Of a DNA stretch of 64,000 bases, positions 1 through 11,100 are shown piece after piece; the first letter of the stretch is position 1; each line of letters begins with the position of its first letter. The notes under the pieces were generated by a model that was not told the origin of the DNA, did not search any database, and saw nothing but the letters and a program-made list of their open reading frames with translations. Source of the stretch: an uncultured cyanobacterium (GTDB lineage Bacteria > Cyanobacteriota > Cyanobacteriia > Phormidesmidales > Phormidesmidaceae). Made by a program: the position numbers and the translations under genes. Location of the stretch: NCBI GenBank assembly GCA_963793265.1, contig CAWBZI010000005.1:320001-384000 (forward strand), given 5' to 3'.

Positions 1-68
1 CCCAAACGACCGAAAATCAAGTGGGCAGGGCGATAAGATATAAAAAGTTATTGTTTATACGCTAGCAA

Positions 69-654
69 ATGTCGGTTGACCCTTCTGAGACGGCCTCCTC
101 TGAAATGGCCAAAAAAGTTAGAAATTTTGTGGTGGTCGCGATCGCCTCCATTCTCAGCATCACCATCGTGCTCGGCTTGCAAACCAGGTCGCCCGCTGCC
201 TCCCTCTCCGAAATGGCCGAAGCCGCCATCCCGCTAGACGTAGCCCTCGCCAACGGCAAACCCACCCTCATCGAGTTCTATGCCAACTGGTGCACAAGCT
301 GTCAGGCCATGGCCCCCGACATTCAGCAGCTCAAAACCGACTACGCCAGCAAAGTCAACTTCGTGATGCTGAACGTAGACAACACCAAATGGCTCCCCGA
401 AATGCTCAACTACCGAGTAGACGGCATTCCTCACTTCGAGTTTCTATCCAGTCGATAGCCTCGAAAAAGGCGCAGCCATTGGCGAAATGCCGCGCGCTAT
501 CATAGCTGAAAATTTGGATGCCCTAATAAAAAAGCAGCCTCTACCCCACGCTCAAGTCAGCGGCACTATTTCTGAGGTAGACACCATCGATAACCCGGTC
601 GTCGGCAGTCAATCTTCCGACCCGCGCAGCCACGGTGCCCAGGTCGTCGATTAA
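69..654 (+). pseudogene. txlA: TxlA-type membrane-anchored thioredoxin-like protein with a +1 frameshift near 447-450 (pseudogene or sequencing error)
   Basis: ORF 69-458 has an N-terminal TM helix, WCTSC and YRVDGIPHF. The expected C-terminus (VDSLEKGAAIGEMPRAIIAENLDALI...DPRSHGAQVVD*) continues in the +1 frame from 451 to TAA at 652-654. Confidence 0.85.
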
Positions 655-675
655 CGCTAGGCCAAGGGTTTACCC

Positions 676-2418
<1,743 letters not shown>

Positions 2419-2513
2419 TCAATAATTACTAATTGTGCCACAAGGAATAGACTGTCGAAGACCTCTATTTTCAACCCGCACTTTTTCTACAGACAGAGTA
2501 AAAAGAAGGCAGT

Positions 2514-2680
2514 GTGGCAGGCCAGCCAACTAAACGCTATGGATGGAACGCTATGGATGGACACTTACAGAAGTTGAGCAGTTGACTCAGACGGAGTGGA
2601 TCACTTACGAAATCGTAGACGGCGAGCTATTTGCGACTGAACCGCCACACTATAAGCAACGCACATCGCCTCAAACATAG
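2514..2680 (+). pseudogene. Relic 5' fragment of a Uma2/DUF820 family endonuclease
   Basis: Removing the 14-bp tandem duplication AACGCTATGGATGG (2533-2560) gives (M)AGQPTKRYGWTLTEVEQLTQTEWITYEIVDGELFATEPPHYKQ...*, matching the Uma2 N-terminal 'W...YEIxDGEL...P.H' pattern. It stops at TAG 2678-2680. Confidence 0.6.
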
Positions 2681-2771
2681 AAAAGCGTCCTCTTTTGCAC
2701 GAACACACATGCGAAATACTGGTATAAGAATTCAGATAGCTTTTGCTAGATGTGAGTTTAAGGGTTAAGAA

Positions 2772-4571
2772 ATGAATCGGTGCTGGAAGCGGAGAACATT
2801 ACGGCTATTGGGTGGGGTTATGGGTGCGATCGCTCTCCACCAAACCACAATTCAACCCACTACCGCCCAAGAATCATCCCCCTCAGAAGCCCCGTCAGAC
2901 TTCTTCGTCGCCTACCCACCAGCAGAACACGAAACCGTTGCCGACCGCATCTTCTTCATCGGCACCGCCGATCCTGATGAACCCGTTACCATCAACGGCG
3001 AACCGATCGAAAACCGCAGCAGCGACGGCCATTTTGCACCTACCCTACCGCTAGAACCAGGCGAAAACACATTCACACTCACCCAAGGCGACGAGAGCCT
3101 CACGCTGCAAATAACTCGCGTTTCAATTGAGCCCCCTATGCCAGAAGGCGTCGGCTTTGCCGAAGAAACCATCGTACCCGCAGTCGATATCGCCCGAATG
3201 CCAGGCGAGCTGGTGTGCCTGAGCGCCGTAGCCACCCCAAATGCCACCGTCTCCGCCACCCTTGGCACTCAAACTATCGCCCTCACCCCTCAGACCACGA
3301 TAGATTTGCCCCCAAACTCCGCTGTACTTACCGATCAAACTGAGCCAGTCACGCTCAGCGCCACAGAGTACGCAGGCTGCACTTTACCGACAGAGCCAGG
3401 CAGCTTAGGCAATCCCCAGTTCAACCTCACAGCTCAAGGTGAAACCGTCATCGCCGCCGCACCTGGGCAAGTCAACATTCTCTCTCATACCGAGTTTCAG
3501 GTTGCCGAAGTCACCGCCGACCAAGGCGTTGCTCGCACTGGCCCTAGCACCAGCTATTCTCGGATTACGCCTCTGCCCGCAGGCACTCGCGCTGCCGTCA
3601 CAGGTCGCGAAGGTGAATGGCTACGGCTAGACTACGGCGGCTGGATCAAAGAGGCTGAAACCACAGTAAGCAATGCCTCTGTGCCACCCAACAGCATCAT
3701 TCGCGGCATCAGCGCTGCCGAAGCAGGTGATTGGACAGAAGTGGTCTTTCCGCTGCAAACCCCAGTGCCCGTTTCGGTTGAGCAAGACACTCAGTCTCTA
3801 ACGCTAACCCTACACAACACCACGCCGCAAACCGACACCATCTACTTCTCTAACGACCCGGTCGTAGAGAGAATGGACTTTAACTCAGTTCTCCCTGACA
3901 GCGCCGAATATACTTTTCACTTCAAAGCCCCTCAGCAGTGGGGCTACAAGCTCCGCTACGAAGGCACCAGCCTCATTCTCTCCTTACGCCACGCGCCACC
4001 GACTGACAGCCTAGAAGGCGCAACAATCCTACTAGATCCAGGCCACGGCAGCGATCAAGACCTTGGCTCGCGTGGCCCAACTGGCTATTCCGAAAAAGAT
4101 GTCACCCTAATTGTCTCTAAGCTGCTGCGAGACGAGTTGCGGGCTCGTGGTGCAACCGTGGTGATGACCCGCGAGGGCGACGACGATCTGTTCCCAGCCG
4201 ATCGCGTTGAGGTAATTGACGCGACTGAACCCACGATGGCACTGAGCATTCACTACAATGCTTTACCCGATGCAGGCGATGCTTTGAACCGAACGGGCAT
4301 CGGTTCTTTTTGGTACTACCCTCAAGCACACGATCTGGCAACCTTCTTGCATGACTACCTAGTAGAAGAGTTAGACCGTGAATCGTATGGTGTATTTTGG
4401 AACAACCTTGCCCTCACTAGGCCATCTGTCACGCCTTCTGTTCTATTAGAGCTAGGCTTCATGATTAATCCCGAAGAGTTTGAGTGGATTACAGATGAAG
4501 ACTCCCAGCGAGAGCTAGCAAGAACTTTAGCGGAGGGAGTAGAAGCCTGGTTACAGCAACAAGAGATCTGA
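2772..4571 (+). CDS. N-acetylmuramoyl-L-alanine amidase (signal peptide, SH3b-like region, C-terminal Amidase_3)
   Basis: Zn/catalytic motifs LLDPGHG, EKDV, SIHYNA and LLELGF; SH3-like ARTGPSTSY...GEWLRLDYGGWI. Confidence 0.92.
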   Translation: MNRCWKRRTLRLLGGVMGAIALHQTTIQPTTAQESSPSEAPSDFFVAYPPAEHETVADRIFFIGTADPDEPVTINGEPIENRSSDGHFAPTLPLEPGENTFTLTQGDESLTLQITRVSIEPPMPEGVGFAEETIVPAVDIARMPGELVCLSAVATPNATVSATLGTQTIALTPQTTIDLPPNSAVLTDQTEPVTLSATEYAGCTLPTEPGSLGNPQFNLTAQGETVIAAAPGQVNILSHTEFQVAEVTADQGVARTGPSTSYSRITPLPAGTRAAVTGREGEWLRLDYGGWIKEAETTVSNASVPPNSIIRGISAAEAGDWTEVVFPLQTPVPVSVEQDTQSLTLTLHNTTPQTDTIYFSNDPVVERMDFNSVLPDSAEYTFHFKAPQQWGYKLRYEGTSLILSLRHAPPTDSLEGATILLDPGHGSDQDLGSRGPTGYSEKDVTLIVSKLLRDELRARGATVVMTREGDDDLFPADRVEVIDATEPTMALSIHYNALPDAGDALNRTGIGSFWYYPQAHDLATFLHDYLVEELDRESYGVFWNNLALTRPSVTPSVLLELGFMINPEEFEWITDEDSQRELARTLAEGVEAWLQQQEI

Positions 4572-4588
4572 ACTATGGGTTACTTTTC

Positions 4589-5272
4589 ATGAGTGCTTTT
4601 TCTCTCCCTTCTTTTCAGAACGAACGGCTGTGGCAGCAGGCGATAACGCATTGCTCTCTTGTTAATGAACAGCCCGAGGCAGGCGAACACAATGAGCGTC
4701 TAGAGTTTTTAGGCGACGCTATTCTCACGTTTCTCAGCGGAGATTATTTGTACGCTCGCTATCCTGATCGCTCTGAAGGTGAACTTACGCCAATCCGGGC
4801 GGCACTGGTCGATCAGCCACAGCTCAGCCATTTTGCAACAAAGCTAGCGCTCGATGAGCACTTGAAACTGGGTAAAGGAGCCGACCAGGAAGGGGCTCGT
4901 CGTAGCGCTCGTCTGCTGTGTAGCGCTTTCGAGGCTTTGATTGGCGCTTATTTTTTAGATACTAATCGAGATATTGAGGCAGTGCGGCGCTATGTGGTGC
5001 CCATGTTCGATACGGTGGTTGAACAGGCTGTAGCTCAGGGTATTAATGCCAAAAGTCGCTTACAAGAATGGGCGCAGCAAACGCTTGATGGTGAAATACC
5101 GCGCTATGAGGTTGTGAGTAGTCGTGGCCCTGACCACTTAAAAACCTTTGTGGTGGAAGTGAGCATTGGCGGCAAGTGCTACGGCCAAGGGCAGGGTTCG
5201 CGTAAAGCAGAGGCCGAGCAGTCGGCAGCTAAAGCCGCACTCGCTCAGTTAGATGACGGTACCGTTAGATAA
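4589..5272 (+). CDS. rnc: Ribonuclease III
   Basis: NERLEFLGDAIL signature, FEALIGA, and a C-terminal dsRBD (NAKSRLQEW...GPDH..F...G.G.RKAEAEQSAA). Confidence 0.95.
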   Translation: MSAFSLPSFQNERLWQQAITHCSLVNEQPEAGEHNERLEFLGDAILTFLSGDYLYARYPDRSEGELTPIRAALVDQPQLSHFATKLALDEHLKLGKGADQEGARRSARLLCSAFEALIGAYFLDTNRDIEAVRRYVVPMFDTVVEQAVAQGINAKSRLQEWAQQTLDGEIPRYEVVSSRGPDHLKTFVVEVSIGGKCYGQGQGSRKAEAEQSAAKAALAQLDDGTVR

Positions 5273-5304
5273 TGGTGTTTGTTTTTGTCGTTTGAGGTTG
5301 CGCC

Positions 5305-6009
5305 GTGCTTAGAGCTATAGACCATAATATTTGGGTTGCTGAGCAGCCGCTGCGATATTTTGGGCTCAGCGTTGGCACAAGAATGACGGTTGTTCAGTTT
5401 GAGAACAAAGGACTTGCTGTGATTTCTCCCATTCAAATGACTGAGAGGATGGTGAATGAGCTTCGCGAAATTGGTACGGTGAAACATATCATCGCGCCTA
5501 ATCTCTATCACTATCTTTTTGTTGCTGACTTTAAAGCGCACTATCCGCAGGCTACTTTTTGGGCCGCGCCTGGTCTAGCAACAAAGCAGCCAAATCTATC
5601 GATAGATCAAACGATTAGTCGCGATGCAGCCAGCGTTTGGCAGGGGCTAACATCTTTGTTTTTTGAAGGATTTAGAACGCTCGGCTCAGGTGGAATTGAA
5701 TCACTCAATGAGTCTGTATTTTTTCATTCACGTAGCCGCACACTTATCCTCACGGATACGGCTTTTCACTTTGACGATAGCTTTCCGATGCTTACACAGC
5801 TCGCATTTAAGGTAACTGGCAGCTACAAGATGTTGAGCCCGTCGCTGCTAGAGAAGATTGCGATAACAGATAAAGAAGCGGTGCGAAAAGCGGTTGATCA
5901 GGTTTTGGAGTGGGACTTTGAGCGAGTGATTATGGCTCACGGCAGCATTATCGAGCAGGGCGGGAAAGAGATGTTTAGACAGGGATACAAGCGGTTTTTG
6001 AGTGAGTGA
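5305..6009 (+). CDS. DUF4336 family protein (metallo-beta-lactamase-like fold)
   Basis: GTRMTVV...SPI, HIIAPNLYHYLF, ESVFFH..SRTLILTD, WDFERVIMAHG; GTG start. Confidence 0.8.
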   Translation: MLRAIDHNIWVAEQPLRYFGLSVGTRMTVVQFENKGLAVISPIQMTERMVNELREIGTVKHIIAPNLYHYLFVADFKAHYPQATFWAAPGLATKQPNLSIDQTISRDAASVWQGLTSLFFEGFRTLGSGGIESLNESVFFHSRSRTLILTDTAFHFDDSFPMLTQLAFKVTGSYKMLSPSLLEKIAITDKEAVRKAVDQVLEWDFERVIMAHGSIIEQGGKEMFRQGYKRFLSE

Positions 6010-6041
6010 GTTAATAAATATCCGACAGCATAGATCTTCTA

Positions 6042-6827
6042 CTAATACTCAACCGTAACGGGCGTATGGTCGCTGGGCCGTTCTAAGCCTCGTGGCTCGG
6101 TGTCAATTGTGCAGCTTGTGGCTTTCTTATACAGCTCAGGAGAGAGATAGTGGTGGTCAATTCGCCAGCCCGTATTGCGCGAAAAAGAGTTTGTGCGATA
6201 GTCCCACCAGCTAAAGTGACCGCCCTCGTCGGTAAACTTGCGAAAGGCATCGGCAAGGCCAATCGAGAGCACGTCACGCAGCGCCTCACGCTCTACTGGT
6301 GAAGACATGATGTGTTTGTCTCTGCTTTTGTCGGTGTAAATGTCCTTATTTTCTAGCGCGATGTTGAAGTCTCCACAGACGTTTAGCTGAGGATGCGCCG
6401 CAAGCTGAGCCGCCAAATAGTCTTTTAGCAGGGCAAGCCAGCTTAGCTTGTATTCGTACTTTTCGCTACCAATAGAAGATCCGTTAGGCACATACAAATT
6501 CACTACTCTCACGCCGTTTAGTACGCCGCTAATGACTCTCTTTTGATCGTCTAAATTGCCGACGCTCTCGGTGCTCATCACCGCACCAAATCCCATCTGC
6601 ACGTCTTCTAGAGGTGTTTTGCTAATCAGCGCGACCCCGTTGTAAGACTTTTGGCCGTAGGCATACACGTGGTAGCCAATCTCGGTAAAGGCGGCTTCGG
6701 GGAAGTCTGCGTCAACTACTTTGGTTTCTTGCAGGCATAGCACGTCTACCGGATGGGCCTGTAGCCAGTTTGTGACATGTTCTAGGCGAGTGCGTACAGA
6801 GTTGACGTTCCAAGAGGTGACTTGCAT
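6042..6827 (-). CDS. xth: Exodeoxyribonuclease III
   Basis: SWNVNS, LQETK, YVPNG, CGDFNIA, FSWWDYR, GWRIDH, SDHTPV motifs. Confidence 0.97.
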   Translation of the reverse strand: MQVTSWNVNSVRTRLEHVTNWLQAHPVDVLCLQETKVVDADFPEAAFTEIGYHVYAYGQKSYNGVALISKTPLEDVQMGFGAVMSTESVGNLDDQKRVISGVLNGVRVVNLYVPNGSSIGSEKYEYKLSWLALLKDYLAAQLAAHPQLNVCGDFNIALENKDIYTDKSRDKHIMSSPVEREALRDVLSIGLADAFRKFTDEGGHFSWWDYRTNSFSRNTGWRIDHHYLSPELYKKATSCTIDTEPRGLERPSDHTPVTVEY

Positions 6828-6890
6828 GAGAGCGGCTTAAAGACGGAGCTTTCGTATTCTACAGGTCGCGGGAGGCAAAGCCTTGTATCC

Positions 6891-7562
6891 CTACAGTTGA
6901 ACGGATGGGGCGTTTAGGGTGCTCCAGCTTTGGCGAATGATCGGGAGGGCGTTGGAGAATATCAGTAACGCGATCGCACCACTCACCACGCCGTCGGCCC
7001 AATACCAGCCAAACTTTGCAATCAACAGCGCTCCGACCAGCACGCCAAAGCAGCTACCCGCGTCAGCCAGCATATGCACAAAAGCGGCTCGCATGTTCAA
7101 GCTGTTATCGGCGTGAGCGTGAAGTAAATAAGCGTTGAGGCCGTTAATGGCAAGACCGACGGCGGCAGTGATAGCGACGGGGCTGCTGAGGAGAGCGGTG
7201 GGGGGCGATCGCAATTCTCCCACCGCTTCCCAGCCCAACCAGCCGCTTACTAATAGCAATAATGCGCCATTGACTAAGGCTGCGATCGCATCAGTTCTAT
7301 CGCTAGCGCTATCGTTACTTGCTCGCGAAGCCGCCCACAGGGCTAGTGCGATCGCTAGCACATCAGTCATCATGTGCCCAGCATCGGCCATCAGCGACAG
7401 GCTGTTGCTCTGCGTGCTCACCCACAGCTCAGCTAGGGAAAAACAGGTGATGAACACTAGCGCAATTTTGAGCGATCGCACCTGCTCAGGGCTAGACGGC
7501 ACCGCGCAATGGCTATGGCTATGGTCGTGACCGTGATCTGCGGAATGAGAATGAGCATGCAT
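6891..7562 (-). CDS. Cation diffusion facilitator (Zn/Co/Cd efflux) lacking the cytoplasmic C-terminal domain
   Basis: His-rich N-terminus, SLSLMADAGHMMTD (TM2) and NMRAAFVHMLAD (TM5) metal sites; ends shortly after TM6. Confidence 0.85.
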   Translation of the reverse strand: MHAHSHSADHGHDHSHSHCAVPSSPEQVRSLKIALVFITCFSLAELWVSTQSNSLSLMADAGHMMTDVLAIALALWAASRASNDSASDRTDAIAALVNGALLLLVSGWLGWEAVGELRSPPTALLSSPVAITAAVGLAINGLNAYLLHAHADNSLNMRAAFVHMLADAGSCFGVLVGALLIAKFGWYWADGVVSGAIALLIFSNALPIIRQSWSTLNAPSVQL

Positions 7563-7650
7563 AAGTTACACAATAGAGACGCTATATAATTACTGTACCG
7601 CTAGCAGCATAAGGCTCCGGGCGGACGACTAGCCGGTTCAAAGATTGACT

Positions 7651-7965
7651 ATGCCCAGAAAAGAGCCAGAAAAAGAGCCAGAAAAGAAATTAGAAGGCGA
7701 AGCGTTAGTCAAAGAAACCTGTCGGCGTATTCGAGCGGCAAAGGGACTTTGGGACGCACACCGTAACGCGGCCTGTCGGGGCGAACGAGAAAAAGCACTC
7801 GCGCTTTACAACCAGCTCACTCCGGCCCAAAAGGAAAAAGTTCCGCAGCAGCTGAAAATCTGGCTACGCTATCGCAGTGAAAAATACTTTGGCGCGCACC
7901 AAACCGCACCCGGTAAAAATAGCCGTTCTGGCAAAGGCCAGTCTAAAAAACGTAGGAAACGATAA
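7651..7965 (+). CDS. Conserved basic cyanobacterial hypothetical protein
   Basis: ORF with WDAHRNAACRGEREKAL...WLRYRSEKYFG core and a Lys/Arg-rich tail; ATG at 7651. Confidence 0.7.
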   Translation: MPRKEPEKEPEKKLEGEALVKETCRRIRAAKGLWDAHRNAACRGEREKALALYNQLTPAQKEKVPQQLKIWLRYRSEKYFGAHQTAPGKNSRSGKGQSKKRRKR

Positions 7966-8187
7966 GTCTCACGCAGTCTTAATTTATACAGCACCGAATC
8001 ACTATATCTATATATTGATGTCTGCATTTTCTAGCTGCAAAATTCTATTGCATCTGCCTAGCACAGATCAAGAACGGCAGAGTGCAGTATTTTAGGGTCA
8101 TTCGCGCGCGATCCAACGCCTTTGATTGACTCTCAGAAGAATCACTGAGATATTAAGGTAATTTCATAATTTGAGAATTCAGGTTTT

Positions 8188-11100
8188 ATGATGCACGCTA
8201 ACCGTTCTACCCTTGTGAAGCTGTGCCTGCTAACGGCCCTCGCCGTACCGGTTCAGCGCGCTGCATCCGCTACGCCAGACTCACAAGAGGCGAGCACCTT
8301 TGCCGCGAAAAGCACACTGCTGATCGCGCAGGCCAGGGTTGCTCAAGCTGAACCGGACGTGCCTGAATTCGAGCTGCCCAGTTCGCTAGAGGCAGGTGAT
8401 GCGCTGCTAATCGATGGCTCTAGCAGCATGATTCCGATGAACAATGCGCTCATCGATCAATTTGCATCGCGCTACGAAATCGACACCGTAGATAGCGCGG
8501 CTAGTGGTACCGATATCGCCCTGGACAGGCTGCGCAATAACGAGATTGACTTAGCGGCTATTGGCCGACCGCTAAGCGCAGAAGAGCAGGCCGCAGGCTT
8601 GGTGGCAGTGCCGATTGCGCGTGAGAAAATTGCCATTTTTACCGGCCCTGACAATAGCTTTGAAGGTGATATTACCTTTGAGCAGTTCGGCCAAATTTTT
8701 AGAGGTGAGGTGACTGACTGGTCAGAAGTCGGTAACGGCTCTGCCTCAGGCCCGCTGCGCTTTATCGATCGCCCTGTCTCTAGCGATACGCGTCAGGCTT
8801 TTCAGGCGTACCCGGTCTTTCAAGCTGCTCCTTTTGAAACCGGCGCGACCGCTGAGCTAGTGGCAGAAGACTTTACGCCAGAGGTCATTGAGGCAGTTGG
8901 CAACGACGGTATTGGGTATGCTGTCGCCAATCAGGTCGCGGGCAACTCGGCGGTCAAAATCGTGCCGATGCACCAAACCCTACCCGACGATCCACGATAT
9001 CCCTTCTCGCAGCCGCGCAGCTACGTGTATAACGGTGAGCCTTCGGCGGCGGCGCAAGGTTTTTTGGCCCTGGCAACTAGCCCAGAGGGGGAAGAAGCGA
9101 TCGCCCAAGTACAAGAAACTGAAGGCGCTGCTGCTGCCCAGCTAGACGGCCCCGCACCCACAGCTGAAAGTCCGAGCAACGGACTAACCGCCCGCACCGA
9201 TGAAAACAACGTCGCGATTATTGAAGACGCCAGTGGAAACTTAGTCGCGGGGCCATTAGCAGGCGCTGGCGGCGCAGTCACCGCGCTGGCCTTTAGCGAA
9301 GATGGTGAGACGCTAGCAACCGGGACTAACATTGGCAAAGTACGCTACTGGGGTATTGATGGCGAGCCCAAAGGAGAAGCGTTTCCAGCGGTGTTAGGAG
9401 AAGACAACGCTGTAACCGAACTGAGGTTTGAAGGTAATGACAAGCTTTTTGTAGCTGGAAGCCAGGGCAGACAGGGCCTTTGGGGGCTCAACGGGCGCTC
9501 TTTTGGAGAAACGGCTCCCGCTGCTACGACTGGCCTAGAAACTGACGCTGACGGCGGATTTCCCTGGTGGTGGTTACTGCTGCCGGTTTTAGGACTTGTT
9601 GGCGCTGGGCTGTGGCTATTGAGCCGAGGGCGCGATCAGCAAACGCCTGATGAACCCAGACGGCAAACCGCACCAACCGCGACCGTACCGCCCCCAGTCA
9701 CCGATCCTGATAACGAGCGAGAAGTTTCTAATCGCGCTCATTCTGTTATTTCTACCGATAGAGTGGTGGATGAATCGAGGGCTGTGATTACGCCTGAGCC
9801 TACGGTTGCCGCCGGGGTGGCTGGGGCTACTGGTGGGATAGAGGGCACTCGCCCAGGCGCTACTGATTTGGGCGCTACTGGCCTAGACACGGCCAGTTTA
9901 GATGCTGCTGGTGTAGACACTACTGGCCTAGACACTATCGATTCAGGCGCTACTGAAAATTTAGAGTCTACTGATCTAGAATCACCTGATTTAGAAGGGA
10001 CTAACTTAGATCTGCTAACGCCAGGGGCGGTTGGTGGAGCCGCAGTGCTGGGGTTGGGGGGAGTGGCGATCGCAGCAGGCGGCCAAAGCTCAACTCTAGA
10101 AGACGATGACGAAGAGGACGAATGGGACGATAATCTCGATTTGACCCTGGATGATCCAGACCAGGCACCAGACGCAGCGGTGCCTACTGCGCAAGCTTCG
10201 CAAGAGCAGCTCTCTATACAAACAGAAGAGCAGGCAGTCACACCGCCAGTTTCCCCAGCTCCTCAAGTTCCTCCTCAAGCTCCTACTTCACCGCTGGTAG
10301 AATTGCCGACAGCAGGCGGGGCAACAGGCAGCGCTGACGATGAAGATTTTTGGAATACCGTACCCGGCGGAACAGAGCTGGGTGTGGGTGGCGATGAAGT
10401 TGAGGGCGATGCTGTAGAGAGCAATGCGATCGCAGATGACCCGATTACAGACGATTTAACGGCTGGCGGTGTAATGGCGGGCGGTGTCGTTGCTAGCGGT
10501 GCGACCGCTGACGACACTAGCGCAGACAGCGTTAGCGCAGAGGATTTGATGGTAGGCGAGCTGTCAGATAGTGAGATAGAAAGCGCTGGGCTCAGCTTGG
10601 AAGAGCCTGTGCCAGAAGAGCGCGTAAGGCTCGAAGATCCCGCCATAGAAGCATCTGACCTGAAAGCACCCGAAGTAGGAGCGCCCGACGCTAAAGCCTC
10701 TGACCTTGAAGCACCTGACGCGGGGGAGGCGAGCGAGGCGATTGAAGCCATTGAGCCTACCCGAGATACGGTGATTGCTGAAACAGACACCGTTTTAGAT
10801 ATTGAACCCGATCAAAACACAATCATCAGTGATGGTACAGTAATTTTTGGTGGGGCCACAGCCGCAGGACTGGCGGTAGCAGCAGCCTCCGCCGCATCAA
10901 CCTCCGAATCAGCATCCGCCGGGTCAATCGATTCCGACATCGACAGCTTCTTCGGCTCAACAGAAACCACGAATACTGAAATGCCTAGCTCTGAAGACAC
11001 TAGCTTTGAAGATACTGGTCTAGATGACACTAGCTTTGAAGATATTAATTCCGAAGACACTATTCTCGAAGATATTGTCCTTGCTGCCACATTAGACAAA

